Part shown: piece after piece, positions 62,610 through 64,000 of the stretch | How positions within the stretch are numbered: position 1 is the stretch's first letter | Layout of the letters: each line of letters starts with the position of its first letter | Assembly: GCA_010356995.1 (NCBI GenBank) | Contig: ML996699.1 | Coordinates: 589,697 to 653,696, forward strand | From: Trichodelitschia bisporula | Taxonomy: Eukaryota | DNA: 64,000 nucleotides | Direction of reading: 5' to 3' | Program-made: the position numbers and the translations under genes | The notes under the pieces: generated by a model | Told to the model about the DNA's origin: nothing | Databases searched by the model: none | What the model saw: the letters and a program-made list of their open reading frames with translations, nothing else

Positions 62610-64000
62610 ATGAATGATTTCGACTTTGAATCGACTTGCGCCGACGATACAGCATATACGCCACATGCTTCACTTTTCTCTCAAATCGACCGGTTCAAAT
62701 GTGCTGACATTAATAGGAATGCTCTGGTCGAGGCTAGTATACTTATATACTTTGCCGATAGTTAGTTAACCCCGTCTAGGAGCTTGTAGCTCGTCACGAA
62801 ATGGCCCAACAGGGGTGCGCTGACGCATTAATGGAACTCGAGCGCCAGAGGCGGCTGAATATTCAGCTGCAATACGAAAAAGATCAGCTTGAGAGCGACA
62901 TGTGTCACCTCAAGATTCAGATGGTCGGTACTGCGCTTTTCCTTGGGCCAAAGCTAACCATGATAGACCATGGATCCTTTTATCGTTGTTCTAATCGACG
63001 GCGATGGCATGATTGTAGGCGTTCTGTATATACGTTAAAGTCTTTACTAATATATATTAGTTTCATGACTCTCTTCTCGTTGCTGGCGAAGATGGTGGCA
63101 AAAGGGCTGCTCGTCTCCTGGAAAGCTCCGCAAAATTGTTCCTTCATCATCTGTTTCCCGAGCTCCCAACGGGCGTCAAGGTCCAAGCTCGGGTGTATGC
63201 TAACCTCCAAAAGATGGCACACGACTGTGCTGAAATGGGCTTGGTTAACGATCCTTCGGTCGTTGTGGACTTCGCGCATGGGCTTTCGCTAGGAAATTCC
63301 CTAGTGGACTTCATTGATGTTGGGAGCGATGATCTGACGAAGAAAGTCTTCGGTGTGTTAGACCCCACATGAAAGAGCTCGCAGGAACGGCCTAGTTAAC
63401 AAGATCATAGATGTTTTCCAAGTCTTCGCCCACGACTCCCACTGTCGTCAGGTTATTTTTGGATGTTCCCATGAAAAGGGGTATGCACCGCGGCTTGTGC
63501 AATACACCAGCGACCCGAAGATGGTTGATAAAATTACCTTGCTCGTGGGAACTCCGTTTGAGCCGGAGCTCGATGCGTTGCCTTTCCGCAAAGAGCAGTT
63601 TGGCAGCCTGTTTCGAACGAAAAAAATCAGCCAAGGCCGTATGCGCTCGGAAAACGGCTCGCCTGCTCCCTCGTACAATAGCCCGGCTGTTTCTCAGGCT
63701 CCCCTTGCTCCCTCGCACAACAGCCCGACTGTTTCTCAGGCTCCTCTTGCTTCATGGGCACAGACGGCGGCTGCGGTAGCCGCGCTCCCAGTCCAGGACA
63801 ATGTCCCAGTCCAGGATAATGTCAAGAAGCAGGATCGCGAATGGCCCACGCCGCAGACCCCAGATGATATTCCTCGCAACACCAAGGGGCAGCGTATCGA
63901 CCCGCCTCCTCCGGCATACAACCAGGTGGAGTTGGCCCGCGTTCGGAAAATCAAGATGTGCAATGTCCACTACTTGCGAGGGGCTTGTACCTTCGGCAAC
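62610..64000 (+). CDS. CCCH zinc-finger protein with N-terminal coiled coil and NYN/PIN-like domain (3' end beyond the window)
   Basis: Spliced exons give PFIVVLIDGDGMIF...GEDGGKRAA...RVYANL...LVDFIDVG...HCRQVIFGCSHEKGY; the window ends in KMCNVHYLRGACTFGN, the start of a C-x8-C-x5-C-x3-H finger. Confidence 0.8.
63665..63823 (+). repeat. Two coding tandem duplications (42 bp x2 and 18 bp x2)
   Basis: 42-bp units at 63665 and 63707; 18-bp units at 63786 and 63804. Confidence 0.85.

Overview
Gene-dense, intron-containing nuclear DNA from a filamentous ascomycete (Pezizomycotina; inferred from short GT-AG introns with CTRAY branch sites and from the gene families). About 20 protein-coding genes, mostly housekeeping: TFIIIC B-block-binding subunit, Aim6-like phosphodiesterase, CCDC137-like protein, UreD, cohesin Scc3/Psc3, ATR1-like MFS transporter, membrane-anchored pepsin-like protein, RPL22, a small secreted protein, an RFTS-domain protein, importin alpha, POT1, Cdc25 RasGEF, GH16, HSBP1, EBP2, a DHX57/Ucp12-like helicase, aprataxin, TRAP-alpha/IRC22 and a CCCH zinc-finger protein cut off by the window end. 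No intact transposon, rRNA, intact tRNA gene or RIP-like AT-rich block was recognised. The best leads are cis-regulatory and all untested: (1) clustered B-box-like motifs within a tRNA-gene-like element in the long first intron and 5' leader of the TFIIIC subunit gene, a possible autoregulatory tDNA mimic; (2) a perfect hairpin in RPL22 intron 1 resembling an eL22-binding site; (3) a predicted 3'-UTR intron in importin alpha; (4) an ATGTGATGTGATG start-stop chain before a presequence-like N-terminal extension of aprataxin. Exon structures were derived by eye and products assigned from recalled family motifs; no database search was run.
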